Part shown: in pieces, positions 8,957-17,535 of the stretch | Layout: every line of letters starts with the position of its first letter | Numbering within the stretch: position 1 is the first letter of the stretch | Source of the DNA: Thiomargarita sp. | Lineage (GTDB): Bacteria; Pseudomonadota; Gammaproteobacteria; Beggiatoales; Beggiatoaceae | NCBI GenBank assembly: GCA_020721005.1 | Contig: DYNP01000006.1 | Span: 162,200 to 226,199, forward strand | Length of the DNA: 64,000 bases | Direction: 5' to 3' | The notes under the pieces: generated by a model | What the model was told of the DNA's origin: nothing | The model's input: the letters and a program-made list of their open reading frames with translations, nothing else | Database searches by the model: none | Position numbers and translations under genes: made by a program

Positions 8957-10111
8957 TTGACTCCCAAAAACCCCTTTTCAACTCGCCATCCCCCTCAATT
9001 CCCACCACCAGACCCCTATCTTATCCTAGGCACCCTCACCCTATTGCTCTGGGGACTCATCATGGTCGCCTCCAGCACCCTACACCTTGACCCCACCCAA
9101 CCACTGCAGCACTTTTGGCGACAAATGATCTATGCAACCCTCGGTCTTCTCATCGCCTTCACCATCTGGCAATTCCCCCTAACCACCTGGCAACGACTCA
9201 GCACCCCGCTCCTCATTCTCAACATCTTACTGCTCCTTGCTCTCTTCATTCCCAATCTTGGCTATACTGTCAACGGCAGCCTGCGTTGGCTAAAAATTGG
9301 CACCTTCCAATTCCAACCCGCAGAACTGCTAAAAATCACACTCACATTGTACCTGGCAAACACCCTTACCCCCTATTCCCTCACTCTCTCCCTCAAGCAC
9401 CTGCTCATCCCCCTCCTGCTCATCATTCCACTCAGCTACTTACTGTTGTTACAACCTGACTATGGCAGCCTGGTCGTTCTCCTCTGTACAGGATTGGGAC
9501 TGATATTTCTAGCCGGTCTCCCCATTGCCCAATTCTGGGCCATTTTCACACTCATTCTCATATTACTCAGCTTAACCCTACTGCTGGCACCCTACCGAAT
9601 TGAACGACTCATGGGCTTCCTCAACCCCTGGGAAGACCCCTTTGACAGCGGCTTTCAACTCACCCAAGCCCTCATCGCTATCGGCCGTGGGGAATTATTT
9701 GGAGTTGGGTTGAGCAATAGCATCCAAAAAATAACCTATTTGCCAGAAGCCCATACCGATTTCCTATTCGCAGTCTTAGCTGAAGAACTGGGACTCATAG
9801 GCGTCATCTCACTCATCAGCCTCTTCACCCTGATCATTCTGCGATCCTTTGCCATTGCCGCTAAAGCTCAGTACTTGGGGCTAAATTTTGCTACTCACCT
9901 GGCCCATGGACTTGCCCTAAGCCTTGCCCTACAAGCCTGCATCAACTTAGGAGTCAACATGGGACTTCTCCCTACCAAGGGACTCACATTACCTCTCATG
10001 AGCTATGGTGGGACCAGTCTACTCGTCTCCTTAACCATGCTCGCCTTACTTCTGAGAATAGACTATGAAAACCAACTTCATCAACTCCACACCAAACGTT
10101 CCCCTTACTGA
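8957..10111 (+). CDS. ftsW: SEDS-family peptidoglycan glycosyltransferase (FtsW/RodA type). The start is uncertain: TTG 8957 or a downstream ATG.
   Basis: About 10 transmembrane segments. Conserved SEDS blocks are present (PEAHTDFLFAVLAEELGLIG and LPLMSYGGTSLLV). Confidence 0.8.
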   Translation: MTPKNPFSTRHPPQFPPPDPYLILGTLTLLLWGLIMVASSTLHLDPTQPLQHFWRQMIYATLGLLIAFTIWQFPLTTWQRLSTPLLILNILLLLALFIPNLGYTVNGSLRWLKIGTFQFQPAELLKITLTLYLANTLTPYSLTLSLKHLLIPLLLIIPLSYLLLLQPDYGSLVVLLCTGLGLIFLAGLPIAQFWAIFTLILILLSLTLLLAPYRIERLMGFLNPWEDPFDSGFQLTQALIAIGRGELFGVGLSNSIQKITYLPEAHTDFLFAVLAEELGLIGVISLISLFTLIILRSFAIAAKAQYLGLNFATHLAHGLALSLALQACINLGVNMGLLPTKGLTLPLMSYGGTSLLVSLTMLALLLRIDYENQLHQLHTKRSPY

Positions 10112-10114
10112 CCA

Positions 10115-11197
10115 ATGATCAACACCCTACAACCCACTGTCCTTATCATGGCCGCCGGGACCGGTGGCCACGTCTTTCCTGCCCTAGCCCTGGCCCAAGC
10201 TCTACAAGACCAAAATATCAATGTCGAATGGCTAGGCACTCGCCAAGGTTTAGAAGCCAGAATTCTTCCCAATGCAGGCCTGGCTCAACATCTGCACTGC
10301 ATCAATATTAGAGGGCTCCGGGGCAAAAATGCCCTCAGTCTCCTCACCGCTCCATTCAAAATTCTGCAAGCCACTTGGCAAACCTGGCGCATTCTGCGAA
10401 CCTATCGTCCCAGCCTGGTAATTGGCATGGGTGGCTACGTTACAGGACCTGGAGCGTTTGCCGCTTGGTTAGCCAGAATACCCCTGATCATACATGAACA
10501 AAATGCCATTCCAGGGTTAACCAATCGGTGGTTAGCCCGCCTATTTGCCAGACAAGTACTCACTGCATTCCCCAACACTTTTCCCAAACATCCCCATACC
10601 TTACATTTGGGAAACCCCTTGCGCAGCGACATTCTCGCCATTCCACCCCGTACCCAAGTGCACAGTCCCCTTCACATTCTGATCATTGGGGGCAGTTTGG
10701 GCGCCAAAGCTCTCAATGACACCATTCCCCAAGCACTTTACCAACTCAAATTGCCAATTGAAGTGTGGCACCAAACTGGGGAAACCCATATTGCCGACAT
10801 GCGCACTGCCTATGCCCAAGCCCCTTTCAAAGCCACTGTGGAAGGCTTTATTCAACACATGGGTTATGCTTATCAATGGGCAGATCTGGTCATTTGCCGG
10901 GCAGGTGCTTTAACCGTTAGCGAGTTGGCTCAAGCGGGAGTGGCCAGCCTACTGATTCCCTATCCCCATGCAGTTGATGATCATCAAACTCACAATGCTC
11001 GTTTTTTGGCTGAGCAAGGCGCTGCAATACTGATTTCCCAAACAGAATTGACCGTTGCACATTTGAGCCAACAGCTCAATGAATTGCTCACCGATTCCCA
11101 GCGATTGTTGAATATGGGAAAAAAAGCGGCTGCTTGTGCCATGCCTCAAGCCTTGACCCAAATGACCAAACTGTGTTTGGAACAAATATCTTCTTGA
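10115..11197 (+). CDS. murG: UDP-N-acetylglucosamine--N-acetylmuramyl-(pentapeptide) pyrophosphoryl-undecaprenol N-acetylglucosamine transferase
   Basis: Motifs are AAGTGGHVFPALALA, IGMGGYVTGPG and the C-terminal ICRAGALTVSE. There is a 3-bp gap after the ftsW stop. Confidence 0.9.
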   Translation: MINTLQPTVLIMAAGTGGHVFPALALAQALQDQNINVEWLGTRQGLEARILPNAGLAQHLHCINIRGLRGKNALSLLTAPFKILQATWQTWRILRTYRPSLVIGMGGYVTGPGAFAAWLARIPLIIHEQNAIPGLTNRWLARLFARQVLTAFPNTFPKHPHTLHLGNPLRSDILAIPPRTQVHSPLHILIIGGSLGAKALNDTIPQALYQLKLPIEVWHQTGETHIADMRTAYAQAPFKATVEGFIQHMGYAYQWADLVICRAGALTVSELAQAGVASLLIPYPHAVDDHQTHNARFLAEQGAAILISQTELTVAHLSQQLNELLTDSQRLLNMGKKAAACAMPQALTQMTKLCLEQISS

Positions 11198-11211
11198 TCC
11201 CAATGAGATTT

Positions 11212-11577
11212 TCAGAGTAAAAAGACTGCTGCAACCCGGCGATCTTCGGCGGCTAATAAGGTATAAGTTCGACAAGTTGCCGATAGCGTCATAATTTCAA
11301 AACCAATCCCGGCTTGTATCAGGGGAACTAATAGGCTAGGCTCTGGCCATCTCAGCCGGGAACCGGTGCTCAATAATACAACATCGGGAGTTAATGTAGA
11401 CAATTCAGTAAAATGGGCACTGGACAACAGTTCAAAATTCACTCCAGACCATAAGATCAATTGGTCAGGCAATACAACTAAACTGTGGTTATAGCAAACA
11501 GCATTGATGGTCACGCTGTCATCGGTATAAGCTTGAATTTGATAACGATTGTTATCGGATTGTAAATGTAACTGCAT
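11212..11577 (-). CDS. Mth938-like (DUF498) small protein, the last gene of the partner-switching operon
   Basis: 121 aa. The C-terminal block IGFEIMTLSATCRTYTLLAAEDRRVAAV resembles the Mth938/AAMDC fold signature. Confidence 0.5.
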   Translation of the reverse strand: MQLHLQSDNNRYQIQAYTDDSVTINAVCYNHSLVVLPDQLILWSGVNFELLSSAHFTELSTLTPDVVLLSTGSRLRWPEPSLLVPLIQAGIGFEIMTLSATCRTYTLLAAEDRRVAAVFLL

Positions 11578-11643
11578 GAACTTACTCTTTACTTTATGCG
11601 CTGCTGATTGAAAATCGTTCTAAATCTCTGTTTTGGAAAGATT

Positions 11644-12450
11644 TTATTCTTTATCCACTAATTTATTGATATCTCGTAAAGCGTCTTTGGTGGAATTATA
11701 AGTGCGAATATCTCCCAAATTAATATCCAGATGCATCAAACTCTTCGCCACATTTTTGGTAATGCCAGCCAAATAGGAATAAGCTCCCATAAAGCGAATG
11801 GCCTTGTTTAATTTAACCAATTGATTGGCCACTTCTGTATTCATGTCCAAAATGGCATTAATATCGATGATCACATGTCGAACATAGCCTTCTTCTATTT
11901 TGGTCAATACTCGGTCGATAATGGCCATTACTCGATGAGAATCCAAAGTGCCGACAATGGAGACCATTAAAGTTCGGGTCCCAACTACGTTCATAGGCGC
12001 TTCTCGCTCCTTTAATTCCCTGGCAGTGGTTTCTTCAATTTTCCGCCTTTGTTCCATATATTCCAACATGAGGCGAGAAGTCAAGGATTCAAAAAAGGCG
12101 GTGAGGGTAGCCACATTGCGAAAGGTAAAAACTCCTTTTTCTTCCATGGCATTCAGTATGGGGAATTTGAGATAGCAGGTAAACACTGAGTTTCTGAAAT
12201 CATAAAACAGTTCCTCTCCGATCAATTCTGATAACCGAGTCATGAAACTGAAGAGGGCATAATAGGAATCGTTGTTAAATTCTAGATTTTCGGCAACACA
12301 TTCTGCAAAGAATGACAGAAAATCAGCATAATAACGATGTTGGACTTCTTGCTCTGATTCTTCAAAAAAATTCAACCAGTATTGAATCAAACCTTGGGAG
12401 TTTTGGGTGATGGAGTAATGCAAAAAAGTTTTAAATTCGGGATCAATCAT
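11644..12450 (-). CDS. RsbR-like protein: an N-terminal sensor domain plus a C-terminal STAS (anti-sigma-factor-antagonist) domain
   Basis: The C-terminal 110 aa (MVSIVGTLDSHRV...VIIDINAILDMNTEVANQLVKLNKAIRFMGAYSYLAGITKNVAKSLMHLDINL) aligns with the B. subtilis RsbR STAS region. The gene overlaps its upstream neighbour by 8 bp. Confidence 0.7.
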   Translation of the reverse strand: MIDPEFKTFLHYSITQNSQGLIQYWLNFFEESEQEVQHRYYADFLSFFAECVAENLEFNNDSYYALFSFMTRLSELIGEELFYDFRNSVFTCYLKFPILNAMEEKGVFTFRNVATLTAFFESLTSRLMLEYMEQRRKIEETTARELKEREAPMNVVGTRTLMVSIVGTLDSHRVMAIIDRVLTKIEEGYVRHVIIDINAILDMNTEVANQLVKLNKAIRFMGAYSYLAGITKNVAKSLMHLDINLGDIRTYNSTKDALRDINKLVDKE

Positions 12451-13435
12451 GGTTTTTCCTAATGGTTAATATAGAAGCGTCGTCATTAATCCGAGCATAG
12501 TAGTGGTAGATGATCAAGGAAATCATCATGGGATTTTCAATCGATCGGAGTTGGCTTAAAAATTGGGACGTCATCAGCCGATGATTGATGCCATCTGAGG
12601 TCAAGATCAGAAAATCGCCCCGACTCAGTTTGGGATTTAAACAGTCAACATGGGTGATGTGATTTCCCACCATGCCATCGGTTGGAAAGTGCCACGCAAT
12701 TTTGTCCAATTTCAAGGACATGGTTAAAATATTGCCAATACCCCAAACTTCTATATTTTGGGGAGAGAGATTGATTAATGAGAATACTGCTCCTCGCAGA
12801 TTTTTAGTTTTTAAATGCCGATCAGCCAGGAAAAAGAATTCTTGACAGGTGCGTTGGGCAAAATCATGGTTGCCAAATAATTCTAAGATTAACTCTGCGC
12901 TAAGGGCTGCAGCTTTGCCATGTCCAGCGGCATCTCCAAAAATGAAGTGAGATCCTTTTTTCTTAAAAAAGTCACCATTGTATCCCTTGATGTCAAAAGG
13001 TATAGAAAATAATCCATAGGGTGCAATTTTGGTTTTTTCGGTCAATAAGACAATGGTCCCGTGATGAGTTTGTTTTTTGTAAAATGAATTGGAGAAGACC
13101 GTGAGTTGAAAGTCTTCATGGGTGGACAGTGCATAAAGTCCAATACCCAGGGAGTTTTTTTGGGTTGTGTAGCCTTTTGTCATGGCCAGGTGAGGGTTGA
13201 TAATACCAGGTCCCTTATCCAGTGAGGCTAAGTAAAGCAGGTCTTCTTGTTTAAATAGTAACAGTTGACCGCGATTGGCATGTTTGATTAAATTGCTTCC
13301 CAATTCTGCAGCGGCAAATTCTAGGAATTCTTTTTGGGATTTAGCGCCCAGAGCTTGCAATTTGTTGCGAATGGCGATTTTTGCATAAGTAATATCAGAT
13401 TCTTGTTTAACAGTGATTTGTTCAAGTAGTTGCAT
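12443..13435 (-). CDS. Fusion of an RsbT/RsbW-type serine kinase (GHKL) with a PP2C (SpoIIE-type) serine phosphatase
   Basis: The N-terminal 120 aa carry the N-box ELGSNLIKHA and the DKGPGI and SLGIGL motifs, as in RsbT. The C-terminus carries PP2C metal-binding motifs (FIFGDAAGHGKAAA, DGMVGNH and LTSDGI). Confidence 0.7.
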   Translation of the reverse strand: MQLLEQITVKQESDITYAKIAIRNKLQALGAKSQKEFLEFAAAELGSNLIKHANRGQLLLFKQEDLLYLASLDKGPGIINPHLAMTKGYTTQKNSLGIGLYALSTHEDFQLTVFSNSFYKKQTHHGTIVLLTEKTKIAPYGLFSIPFDIKGYNGDFFKKKGSHFIFGDAAGHGKAAALSAELILELFGNHDFAQRTCQEFFFLADRHLKTKNLRGAVFSLINLSPQNIEVWGIGNILTMSLKLDKIAWHFPTDGMVGNHITHVDCLNPKLSRGDFLILTSDGINHRLMTSQFLSQLRSIENPMMISLIIYHYYARINDDASILTIRKNHD

Positions 13436-13438
13436 GAT

Positions 13439-14500
13439 TTAGAAGAGGTAACCGATGTCGAATTCAATGTTAGGAGACAGTTTGGTGTGTTCAAGAATCA
13501 GTGTAGTTTCAAATTGAATGGCATAGTCCATTTCAATCTTGCCGATAAGTTTGTAGATTTTTTGTAAATTGTAATCGGTTGAATATCCGCAATAAAATAG
13601 GCAAAAAGCATCGGCAATGGTGCGAAAAGCATAGATTTGGTTTTCAAGCAGTTGGGTGGACCATTTTTGAGAAGTCAATTGTCCAAGTTGTTCCCCGATG
13701 GCTTGTAACAGGTCGTCCCCGGCACTGGGCCCTCGTTTTTTATTATATTCCCGAAATTGTAGGACATCCAAGTGGACTAAGGTGGTTGGCAATGGAGTTG
13801 CCGAGGCTTGTCTGAGCAATAGGATCAGGGCGTCTCGATTGCCAAGTCCAGTCAGTGTGTCTTGGTAGAAAAAAGCTTTTCTCTTATGTTCCAATTCTGG
13901 AAAATCAAATTCATTGGGGGTAACGATGTTGCCCATTTGAACCAATATATCTAAGGAAAAAGTTGTGATCTCCAGATCCAATTTGCCTTTTTTGGCTTCT
14001 TCTTGCATGATGTGCTGCACTGTTTTGAGCGAAAGGGCTTTTCGATAGACTCGTTCGCTACTGAGACTGTCAAAAACATCGGCCACGGCTAGAATTCTGG
14101 AGCCGAGGGGAATTTCTTCGGCGTGTAAACCATCGGGATAACCTTTGCCACAAGGTTGTTCATGATGGTGTCGTACCAAAGTGACCAGGTCTTCAAAGTT
14201 GCCCATTTTGGAAACAATTTCTGCGGAAATCACGCTGTGTAATTTGACAATTTCATATTCTTCTACTGACAGTTTACCGGGTTTTAACAATACAGCGTCT
14301 GGAATGCTAATTTTACCCACATCATGCAATAAACCTGCAAAGTAGAGTCTTTCTGCTTGTTGACTGTTCATACCTGAGGCAATTGCAATTTGTTGTGCAT
14401 AAAGGGCCACTCTTCTGGAATGACCTTGAGTATACATGTCTCTCAATTCTATGACATTGACTAGGGAGTTAATCACGGTTAATATATTTTCACCTATCAC
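13439..14500 (-). CDS. HD-GYP c-di-GMP phosphodiesterase with a C-terminal degenerate GGDEF domain
   Basis: HD-GYP motifs are HSRRVA, LLHDVGK, HHE and GKGYPDGL. The C-terminal domain has DTLTGLGNR, but the GG(D/E)EF position reads RTIADAF. Confidence 0.75.
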   Translation of the reverse strand: MIGENILTVINSLVNVIELRDMYTQGHSRRVALYAQQIAIASGMNSQQAERLYFAGLLHDVGKISIPDAVLLKPGKLSVEEYEIVKLHSVISAEIVSKMGNFEDLVTLVRHHHEQPCGKGYPDGLHAEEIPLGSRILAVADVFDSLSSERVYRKALSLKTVQHIMQEEAKKGKLDLEITTFSLDILVQMGNIVTPNEFDFPELEHKRKAFFYQDTLTGLGNRDALILLLRQASATPLPTTLVHLDVLQFREYNKKRGPSAGDDLLQAIGEQLGQLTSQKWSTQLLENQIYAFRTIADAFCLFYCGYSTDYNLQKIYKLIGKIEMDYAIQFETTLILEHTKLSPNIEFDIGYLF

Positions 14501-14907
14501 AATTTTGTTATTTATTCCATGAGAATGAAGTTACCGGTCAAATGAGATCATTTAGGCAAATAAGAATGGTCAAGCATCTCCTTTACTGTTTGAAGTCTAA
14601 AGTGAGTTGAGGATTTTTGCAAATGAAAAAATGCCTATTGACTTTAATGACGTTTAGAAATGGAAATGCTGGGTTATTCAAAAGCCAGTATTACGTCTTT
14701 GTACCCAAATTCATGTCCTAACCATTAAAGCAGTATCTACTTCAATTAGAGTTAATATGAGAGGGGGGGCAGTCTAAATACGTTATTTTTCTAAAAATAT
14801 TCCGTACTAAATTTGGGGAGCTTGATTTATAAAATAAAGTTGTCATTTGGGTAATAAATGTTTAATATTTAAGGTTGACTTCTTCGCTTCAGTTTATAAA
14901 TTCATCA

Positions 14908-15572
14908 TGATAAGACAATTGTTAAAATCCCCTATTTGGCAAGAGCAGCTGGCTCATGAGTTTGAGCAACCGTATTTTAAACAATTATCCGCTTTTATTG
15001 AATCTGAATATCAACAAGCTTTGGTTTATCCGGCTAAGAATCAGATTTTTTATGCTTTTGAACAATGTTGTTTGGAGCAAGTGCAAGTGCTGATATTGGG
15101 ACAGGATCCTTATCATGCGCCACAGCAGGCACATGGACTGTGTTTTTCAGTCCCCGAAGGTGTAAAAATACCTCCCTCTCTAAAAAATATTTTTCGAGAA
15201 ATTCAAGAGGATGTGGGTAAACCTTTACCCAAATCTGGGAATTTAGAACGTTGGGCCCAACAGGGGGTATTGTTGCTCAACTCCATTCTTACAGTGAAGG
15301 CAGGACAAGCTGCTTCGCACCGTAATCGAGGTTGGGAAGTGTTTACTGATGCGGTTATCCGTTTGATTTCAAGACAGAAAAGGCAAGTGGTCTTTCTGTT
15401 ATGGGGTAATTATGCGCAAAGTAAACAGGGTTTGATTGATCAACGGTCCCATCGAGTGTTGACTGCAGCTCACCCTTCCCCCTTATCAGTCAAAGGTTTT
15501 TGGGGAAATCGGCATTTTAGTCAGACCAATGCTTATTTGGAACAGGTGGGTAAATCCCCTATTGATTGGTGA
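14908..15572 (+). CDS. ung: Uracil-DNA glycosylase
   Basis: Motifs are GQDPYH, HGLCFSV and HPSPLS. The sequence aligns to E. coli Ung starting at MIRQLL. The track start at TTG 14847 was trimmed. Confidence 0.9.
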
Positions 15573-15641
15573 TTTGATGACTATTTAAGATGACGATAAT
15601 TCCCAAGATAATGTTTTTTTTACAACAGGAGATGATTGAAT

Positions 15642-16091
15642 ATGTCAGTTGTGCGAATTGATAGTGAGACCACCCATGGTTATCAAGTTCGGGTAAAAGG
15701 GGATGGTCAAAAATTTACCCGGTTTTTTGCCGATCGAAAACATGGAGGGAAGCGCATTGCCAAGAAATTGGCTCAAGATTATGAGAGACAGTTATTAGAG
15801 CAATACCCACTGTCGTATGTGGGCATCGGACGGCCCAAATTTTTCAATAAACCACAGCGTAACAATAAATTAGGAGTGGCCGGCATTTACGAGGAGTCTC
15901 GACGTAATCGTTTTGTCGTGGCTTGGTCAGAGGATGGTAAGCAACGTAAGGTTACTTTTTCCATAGCCAAGTATGGTAGAAAGGAGGCTTTTGAGAGAGC
16001 CTACGCTTACCGTCAAGCACGTTGCCAAGATATTGAAGAAGAGTTGAAAAAACAGCAAAATAAAATGTTGTCTCCCAAAATAACTTATTAA
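15642..16091 (+). CDS. Protein with two AP2-like DNA-binding domains (standalone bacterial AP2 family)
   Basis: Two repeats fit the AP2 beta-sheet/helix pattern: GYQVRVKGDGQKFTRFFADRKHGGKRIAKKLAQDYERQL and RFVVAWSEDGKQRKVTFSIAKYGRKEAFERAYAYRQA. An AGGAGA Shine-Dalgarno sequence sits 9 nt upstream of ATG 15642. Confidence 0.5.
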   Translation: MSVVRIDSETTHGYQVRVKGDGQKFTRFFADRKHGGKRIAKKLAQDYERQLLEQYPLSYVGIGRPKFFNKPQRNNKLGVAGIYEESRRNRFVVAWSEDGKQRKVTFSIAKYGRKEAFERAYAYRQARCQDIEEELKKQQNKMLSPKITY

Positions 16092-16301
16092 TTTTTAGAT
16101 GGTTTCGGATAGGATAGCACTCAATTATAACCTTCACTGACACGCATACAAACCAAATAGATTGGTAACCCCTTACCGACTTTTTATGATTACTTCGGAA
16201 CATTAAGAGGAGAAAACTGAAAACTTTCTGAATTTTTAAAACCTGGCAGGTCTGGGAATCAAATTTTTTTATAACATGTCATACGGAGAAATTAGAAAAC
16301 A

Positions 16302-16853
16302 ATGTCCACACTGAAAATGAAAACCCTTTTAGCAAGTTATCTGATGACTACCCTAATCACTGTCACGATTCCCTTATCCAGTAGCTGCGCCAAGGAATTA
16401 CTGACTGAAAACTCCAAAGTTTGGCTCAAAGGTATAGGACCCATTACAGTAGGCATGAGTATTTTGGAAGCGGAACAAGCGGGGGGAATTGAATTTGAAG
16501 AAGGTTATCGTAAAGGAGATTGTGTATTTCTGAGTCCCAAAGAACAACCCAAAAATATCAACTTCATGGCACTGAATGGCAAAATAGTCAGTGTCCACAT
16601 TTATGCTCCCAGTCTCATCACCACCAAAAGTGGCATTGGCATTGACAGCACTGAGGCTCAACTAAAAGCAGCTTACCCTGAACGCATCCAATTTCAAGAT
16701 ACTGTGATCAGTGAGGGTGACGAATTTAAAATTTTTGCCTTTGTGCCCAAAGATGCTGGAGATAAGGACTATCGGCTATTTTTCACCTTGCATCTTGGGA
16801 AAATACAAGATTTTGCAGCGGGGAAAATGCCTCAAGTCAAAGATCGTTGTTAA
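16302..16853 (+). CDS. Hypothetical lipoprotein
   Basis: The signal peptide and lipobox are MKTLLASYLMTTLITVTIPLSSSC. Length is 183 aa. No recognisable catalytic motif. Confidence 0.5.
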   Translation: MSTLKMKTLLASYLMTTLITVTIPLSSSCAKELLTENSKVWLKGIGPITVGMSILEAEQAGGIEFEEGYRKGDCVFLSPKEQPKNINFMALNGKIVSVHIYAPSLITTKSGIGIDSTEAQLKAAYPERIQFQDTVISEGDEFKIFAFVPKDAGDKDYRLFFTLHLGKIQDFAAGKMPQVKDRC

Positions 16854-16879
16854 TCCTCCTCGTGAAAAAGCCGGGGGGA

Positions 16880-17110
16880 AAGAAATTTGCTTTTATTTCC
16901 CCTCTTTACTTTAAAAAGAGGAAGTTAAGGGGATCCCAATGTTACTGAATTCTGATTTGGACCAAATAAAAGATAAGCCATATATTCCCCTCCTTACTTT
17001 ACAAGGAGGGGTTAAGGGGATCCCAATGTTACTGAATTCTGATTTGGACCAAATAAAAGATAAGCCATATATTCCCCTCCTTACTTTACAAGGAGGGGTT
17101 AAGGGTGCTC
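16880..17110. repeat. Tandem array of 87-bp units, each containing the hairpin CCCCTCCTTACTTTACAAGGAGGGG. It has 2 full copies plus degenerate flanks.
   Basis: AAGGGGATCCCAATGTTACTGAATTCTGATTTGGACCAAATAAAAGATAAGCCATATATTCCCCTCCTTACTTTACAAGGAGGGGTT is repeated at 16927 and 17014. Spurious ORFs 16911..17204 and 16939..17139 lie over it. Confidence 0.85.
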
Positions 17111-17157
17111 TGAATGCCGTAAATAGGGAAGGGAAATGAGTTAAGGAAACTATTCCC

Positions 17158-17511
17158 TCAATGAGAGCGTTCCTGTGCCTGTTTGACATAGGCATCACTG
17201 GCAATTGCCTGCACAGTTTCTCTTTCTATCCAAGTAGAGGCTTGCTGACGAGTTTTGAATGGTCCCGCCATTACCACATACAATTCTTCGGCCAGTCCTT
17301 TATAAAAACTGCTTTCCGCCACAATGAATTCTTCCTGATTGAAATCATCGGTGCGAAATTGATCACGTAATTGATTGGCAGTTTCCAAACCTTTTTCATT
17401 GAGGGGAAAACTGCCCAGTATGGCGTACCAAGCATTATTTGACTGGGCTTGGACTGCCAGAGAAAATAACAGTAAAATGATCAGGACTGTGGTGGATGTT
17501 AATGGGCGCAT
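17158..17511 (-). CDS. Periplasmic SPOR-domain protein
   Basis: Signal peptide MRPLTSTTVLIILLLFSLAVQA. A SPOR-like block follows (YAILGSF...FIVAESSFYKGLAEELYVVMAGPFKTRQQA). Confidence 0.55.
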   Translation of the reverse strand: MRPLTSTTVLIILLLFSLAVQAQSNNAWYAILGSFPLNEKGLETANQLRDQFRTDDFNQEEFIVAESSFYKGLAEELYVVMAGPFKTRQQASTWIERETVQAIASDAYVKQAQERSH

Positions 17512-17535
17512 ACAATATTTCCTTAAATGAGCATT

